From an uncultured archaeon (lineage in GTDB: Archaea > Asgardarchaeota > Lokiarchaeia > Sigyniarchaeales > Promethearchaeaceae): a stretch of DNA of 9,726 bases. Every line of letters begins with the position of its first letter. Positions within the stretch are counted from its first letter, which is position 1. Shown here piece after piece: positions 5,901 through 9,726 of this stretch. Position numbers and translations under genes: made by a program. Below the pieces are notes generated by a model that saw nothing but the letters and a program-made list of their open reading frames with translations, made no database searches and was not told the origin of the DNA. Where the stretch lies: positions 1 through 9,726 of the forward strand of contig CAYRPF010000094.1 in the NCBI GenBank assembly GCA_964426185.1, written 5' to 3'.

Positions 5901-7931
5901 TTAGTGAACAATTTCTTGAATAAGCTGATTTATTGTATATTTATCTGGAGTTAGCACTCCTCTGAACGATTCATATATTTTATTGAAAAAGAATTGTTTG
6001 GCACTCTTAGATGATGGCGCAATTATCTTTGAATCTATAAGATGCCGTAAATATACCCTAATTCGATCTTGTAAAGGTATTTCCACCTTAGAAAGATGTA
6101 ATTGTGAAGTTAACCACCACTGTCTTTGAGAATTTATCTTGAAATCGGGATCTACCATTAAATCATGTACACATTCTTCAAAATTGGGTAAAGGAAATAA
6201 AAATTCTCGGTATAAAAATTCATCAATTAAATTTGTGATCCAAATAAAATATGTGGGCTCCCCTCTTTTTTGCAGAATCTCAATAATTAACTCTTTGATC
6301 TTAGTTTTTTGTTTTTGATAAGAAGTTGTAGCAATTTTTTTTTTATAAATTGAGTAATAAGGTTGGGAATTAGAAGATAGTTTTTGAAACCGTAAAAAAT
6401 AATCTCCAATTGGGGATCCTTCATGATGCAGCATTGATTTTAGTGAAGCACGGGCAGGTAACTGAAAAAGAATCTGTTTTAACTCAAACCCGCTCTTAAG
6501 AATGGATAAAACTAAAGCATTCCGAATCTTGGTAGAAGTATTATGAAAAGTTAACACCATATATTTATCCGGTTTTAATACGCGATATAAAACGGAGAAA
6601 GCTTCCCGTAATAAACTCTGGTAGCGTTGTAGATTTTTATTCTGGTTGGAATTAATAACTATTTCATCGCAACTAATGCTTGAAAGATAGGAATTCATAT
6701 CATATCCCAACCAATTTGCCCATAATGCACTTAATTCACCGTATTGAATTGAGTCTCCATAAGGAGGGTCTGTAAATATGAAATCAACAGAATTTTCAGG
6801 TAAACTACACTTGGTGATCGATTGGGTCAATAAATAAACAGGAAAATCCTTAGAATTAAAAAATATGTCAAGATTGGGAGCGGGTTGAAAGGGAATTTGA
6901 CACATTGAATTTCGACTGTTTGATTCCTTTTTACCTCGAAGCACTTTTTGATATCTGAATTTGAAGCAATTCCATGCATTAACCTCAAAGAATTTATGAG
7001 GATTCCAAAAGAAATGATGAGTCCAAGAACCAACCTGTTTTTGCGTTAATTCTCGCCCACGACGTTTATCAATCACCCAAACCATCCGACTTGCTTGACT
7101 TATGGAACTAGAAAATGTAAAAAGCATCAAATCTCGAATAGAATTAAATTTTGAAGGCAGATTCATTATTTTTTCTCTCAACCAAGTTAAAAAAATCAGA
7201 GCTCGTGGGGAGAAAAGTTCCGACATCGCGTTGTTGTTTCGTAACGAATGCCTTAATTGGAGAAAAGGTGTCTTATTAGAATATTGAAGATGAAACTTAA
7301 GAAATCGAAGGTCATTTACAGAGAGATCTTGTTGAAAACGTTCATTTTGTGAGCAAATATTGAGATTTATTCGCTCAAAATCAGCATCTTCTGGCAGAAT
7401 TTTTACTGATCCGCAATTTGGACAAAATAAGCGAATTTCAAGAAGTTGATAAATTGAGTTTGTATCAGGAGAAAGAACTTGTTTTGATGATTGGGTGGAA
7501 TTATGCCATATCAAATGGGTAATTTCTGCATTTTCTTGGCAGTAAGGGCATGATTGATAATATAATTGTGAATATAATGAAGGTTTTCGAAAAACTTGGT
7601 TTTCTATCCATTGAAAACCCTCTTGATATAATGATATATCAGCAAATTTCCCAGTATTAGCGCAGATAAAAGAAGAAATTGGATTTATATCTATGCCTAC
7701 CGCTTTTCGATCATTGAACACAGCTTCTAATACTGTAACTCCCGATCCCATGAATGGATCTAATATAATATCTCCTGGAGCAGAATACTTTAGAATATAA
7801 TGCCGAATTATATTTGCTGGTTTCCGTGCCCAAAATTTATGCATCAAATACATTGGGGAATGAGTCTCGGGAAGAAGAACATAATCTAAGGAGATATTTC
7901 TAGGTATTTTGCTCATCTTCTTCTTTTTCAC
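5901..7931 (-). CDS. Adenine-specific DNA methyltransferase with Zn-ribbon insertion (COG1743-like), orphan within this window
   Basis: HKFWARKP, ILDPFMGSGVT (motif I), GIDINP (motif II), CPYC (aa 128-131) and CPNC (aa 170-173), IFTDPPYGD (motif IV, DPPY at aa 388-391), RVLKPDKYMVLTFHN. GTG start at 7931 or ATG at 7916. Confidence 0.88.
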   Translation of the reverse strand: MKKKKMSKIPRNISLDYVLLPETHSPMYLMHKFWARKPANIIRHYILKYSAPGDIILDPFMGSGVTVLEAVFNDRKAVGIDINPISSFICANTGKFADISLYQEGFQWIENQVFRKPSLYSQLYYQSCPYCQENAEITHLIWHNSTQSSKQVLSPDTNSIYQLLEIRLFCPNCGSVKILPEDADFERINLNICSQNERFQQDLSVNDLRFLKFHLQYSNKTPFLQLRHSLRNNNAMSELFSPRALIFLTWLREKIMNLPSKFNSIRDLMLFTFSSSISQASRMVWVIDKRRGRELTQKQVGSWTHHFFWNPHKFFEVNAWNCFKFRYQKVLRGKKESNSRNSMCQIPFQPAPNLDIFFNSKDFPVYLLTQSITKCSLPENSVDFIFTDPPYGDSIQYGELSALWANWLGYDMNSYLSSISCDEIVINSNQNKNLQRYQSLLREAFSVLYRVLKPDKYMVLTFHNTSTKIRNALVLSILKSGFELKQILFQLPARASLKSMLHHEGSPIGDYFLRFQKLSSNSQPYYSIYKKKIATTSYQKQKTKIKELIIEILQKRGEPTYFIWITNLIDEFLYREFLFPLPNFEECVHDLMVDPDFKINSQRQWWLTSQLHLSKVEIPLQDRIRVYLRHLIDSKIIAPSSKSAKQFFFNKIYESFRGVLTPDKYTINQLIQEIVH

Positions 7932-8023
7932 ACCGGAAAAATTCCATATATTTACTAGTAGATAAAAAACATAGTTCTTGAGGAATCAAAAAGTTTTTCA
8001 TTTAGGTTAGCTTAATTTAATAT

Positions 8024-8458
8024 ATGAGCAGCTCTACCGCGGCGCGGGAATTCAATAAGCAAATTGCCAGTGCTTTACAATCTATGGTTAAAGTTATTCT
8101 TGAGCATGAATATCCCATGCATTATTATACCGGAAGGTTGGTTGGAATTGATATGGGACATACTATTTGCTTAGAAAATGCCCGTAATGAAAAAAAACGT
8201 AAATTAGGAACAATTTTTATTCATGGTGATAAATGGGTTTCATTTACAATTGAAGGAGAACCCTTCCCGATGGAAGAATTGGCAGCACGATTACGAAAAG
8301 TCTTACCTGGAGAAGCCATTCGTATTAGTGACGATAATTCAATTAGTATTCTCGGTGGAAAGGTAGTTATCACGGAAAAGGGTGTGGAAGGTCGAGGTCC
8401 CACAGCTGAACGAATTCAAAAAGTATTTGATTCTTTTGTTAGTGAAAGGCACCATTGA
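8024..8458 (+). CDS. Sm-like archaeal RNA-binding protein with C-terminal extension (SmAP3/Lsm_C type)
   Basis: N-terminal helix, VKV, YTGRLVGID...ICLENA (Sm1-like), IFIHG (Sm2-like), then a ~65-aa C-terminal domain PF..EELAARL...VVITEKGVEGRGPTAERIQKVFDSF, as in SmAP3; 144 aa. Confidence 0.85.
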   Translation: MSSSTAAREFNKQIASALQSMVKVILEHEYPMHYYTGRLVGIDMGHTICLENARNEKKRKLGTIFIHGDKWVSFTIEGEPFPMEELAARLRKVLPGEAIRISDDNSISILGGKVVITEKGVEGRGPTAERIQKVFDSFVSERHH

Positions 8459-8478
8459 TGGACCCCACCATTGATGGA
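8450..8478 (+). repeat. Tandem 13-bp direct repeat that also folds as a hairpin, followed by a T-rich tract (probable terminator)
   Basis: CACCATTGATGGA at 8450-8462 and 8466-8478. In RNA, 8452-8461 pairs with 8468-8477 (10 bp with two G-U pairs, loop ACCCCA). TTATTTTATTTTATTT follows. Confidence 0.65.
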
Positions 8479-8581
8479 TTATTTTATTTTATTTACTCTT
8501 CTTTTATTCTATCTATCTATACTCTTTAAAAAACAAAAAATATTTAATTTCTCAAGGTAAAGATCATTGGGGAAAAAAGAT

Positions 8582-9726
8582 ATGGATACTGAAATTGTAA
8601 AGAAAAAACATCAAGAAATTTTCAATAGTAAACCCGAGATTATAGTTTTTGCTCCTGGACGAGTAAATTTGATTGGAGAACATACTGATTATTCCGAAGG
8701 CTTTGTCTTACCAATTGCGATTGATATGGGTATTACGGTAGCACTTTCAATAATTCCTGATTCTGAGGTTGTTGCGGTTTACTCTATTGATTACGATAAA
8801 AAGATCGTTGCGATGTATAGCGATTTTAATAGAAGTCAAGAAACATGGTTTAACTATCCAATGGGAGTTGCCAAGATCTTGAAAAATCAAGGCTATAATA
8901 TTGGCGGTCTTCGCATAACTTTTACAGGAAATATACCCCAAGGAGCTGGATTATCTTCATCGGCCGCTTTAGAAGCAGCTGTAGCTTTAGGTATTAAAAA
9001 TCTATTTAATTTAGATATTTCTAGAAAAGATCTCGCTAAAATTTGCCAAAAAGCGGAGCATGAAATTATTGGGGTTCAATGTGGCATAATGGATCAGTAT
9101 ATCTCACTTCTAGCGGAAAAGGATAAATATATGTTTCTGGATTGTCGTTCGTTAGATTACGAGATGATTCCTTGTGATTTTTCACCCTATCATTTGATTA
9201 TTACGAATTCTAATGTTCCACATAAATTATCTCAGTCAAAATATAACGAACGGGTTAGTGAATGCATGGAAGCGGTAAAAATAATGGCTAACGATGACTC
9301 CAAAAAAACTCTGCGGGACTTTACCATGGAAGAATTTGAAAAAATGAAAATCCACTTACCGCCCAACAATCAGAAGAGGGCACTGCATGTCATTTCAGAA
9401 AATGAACGCGTATTAAAAGCCAAGAAAGCGCTATCTTCTGGTGATTTAGAAGCATTCGGCACTCTGTTAATCGAATCTCATGCCAGTTTACGGGATAATT
9501 ATGAAGTAAGTTGTCCAGAATTAGATTGGCTGGTGGAATCAGCAATTACAATTAAAGGATGTGTTGGATCTCGTATGACAGGTGCTGGTTTTGGGGGATG
9601 TACGATAGGTCTGTTTTCGGATTCTGCATTAATTGAATATAAAAAAAAACTGCAGGATTATGAAACAAAATTTGGTTATCGTGCCGTTATATATGAATCA
9701 TCTCCTCAACAAGGAGCACGAAAGAT
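8582..9726 (+). CDS. galK: Galactokinase (GHMP kinase), nearly complete, truncated by the window edge
   Basis: ATG at 8582 gives MDTEIVKKKHQEIF...APGRVNLIGEHTDY (galactokinase signature). IPQGAGLSSSAA (GHMP ATP loop), CGIMDQ and SRMTGAGFGGC are all in the same frame. 381 full codons with no stop before the edge, so the ORF track missed it. Confidence 0.96.
   Translation, partial: MDTEIVKKKHQEIFNSKPEIIVFAPGRVNLIGEHTDYSEGFVLPIAIDMGITVALSIIPDSEVVAVYSIDYDKKIVAMYSDFNRSQETWFNYPMGVAKILKNQGYNIGGLRITFTGNIPQGAGLSSSAALEAAVALGIKNLFNLDISRKDLAKICQKAEHEIIGVQCGIMDQYISLLAEKDKYMFLDCRSLDYEMIPCDFSPYHLIITNSNVPHKLSQSKYNERVSECMEAVKIMANDDSKKTLRDFTMEEFEKMKIHLPPNNQKRALHVISENERVLKAKKALSSGDLEAFGTLLIESHASLRDNYEVSCPELDWLVESAITIKGCVGSRMTGAGFGGCTIGLFSDSALIEYKKKLQDYETKFGYRAVIYESSPQQGARK

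Noticed and set aside
6827-7287. Short ORFs 6827-7033 (-) and 7102-7287 (+)
   Set aside because: Nested in the Zn-ribbon methyltransferase; no motifs.
842-7931. A complete restriction-modification or BREX/DISARM-type defence system built from the two methyltransferases
   Set aside because: No nuclease, helicase, ATPase or specificity subunit in the window, and the two genes are separated by unrelated genes.
8450-8478. Direct repeat as a CRISPR remnant or insertion target-site duplication
   Set aside because: Only two 13-bp copies 3 nt apart; no spacers, cas genes or transposase.
8508-8520. TCTA microsatellite (about 3 units) as a phase-variation tract
   Set aside because: Too short, intergenic and unremarkable in AT-rich DNA.
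8221-8941. Short - strand ORFs 8221-8403 and 8747-8941
   Set aside because: Antisense to the Lsm gene and galK.

Overview
AT-rich prokaryotic window with eight complete or nearly complete genes and a 3' gene fragment at the left edge. The gene content points to an archaeon, probably Asgard/Lokiarchaeia-like (inference from an SmAP3-type Lsm, an AN1 zinc finger, an archaeal-type M50 protease and no clear Shine-Dalgarno motifs). Left to right: partial CDS (+); HAD phosphatase (-); short Type III Mod-like N6-adenine methyltransferase lacking the usual target-recognition domain (-); AlaX-L tRNA-editing protein (+); FHA-domain/site-2 (M50) metalloprotease fusion (-); AN1 zinc finger/rhomboid-fold protein lacking all catalytic residues (-); orphan Zn-ribbon DNA methyltransferase (-); SmAP3-like Lsm (+); galactokinase running off the right edge (+, absent from the ORF track). 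The best candidate for an undescribed system is the adjacent, co-oriented AN1-rhomboid pseudoprotease and FHA-S2P protease, which may form a membrane-protein quality-control or regulated intramembrane proteolysis module resembling eukaryotic derlin/iRhom and S2P pathways. No rRNA, tRNA, CRISPR array or mobile element was seen. All calls come from motif reading only, with no database searches.
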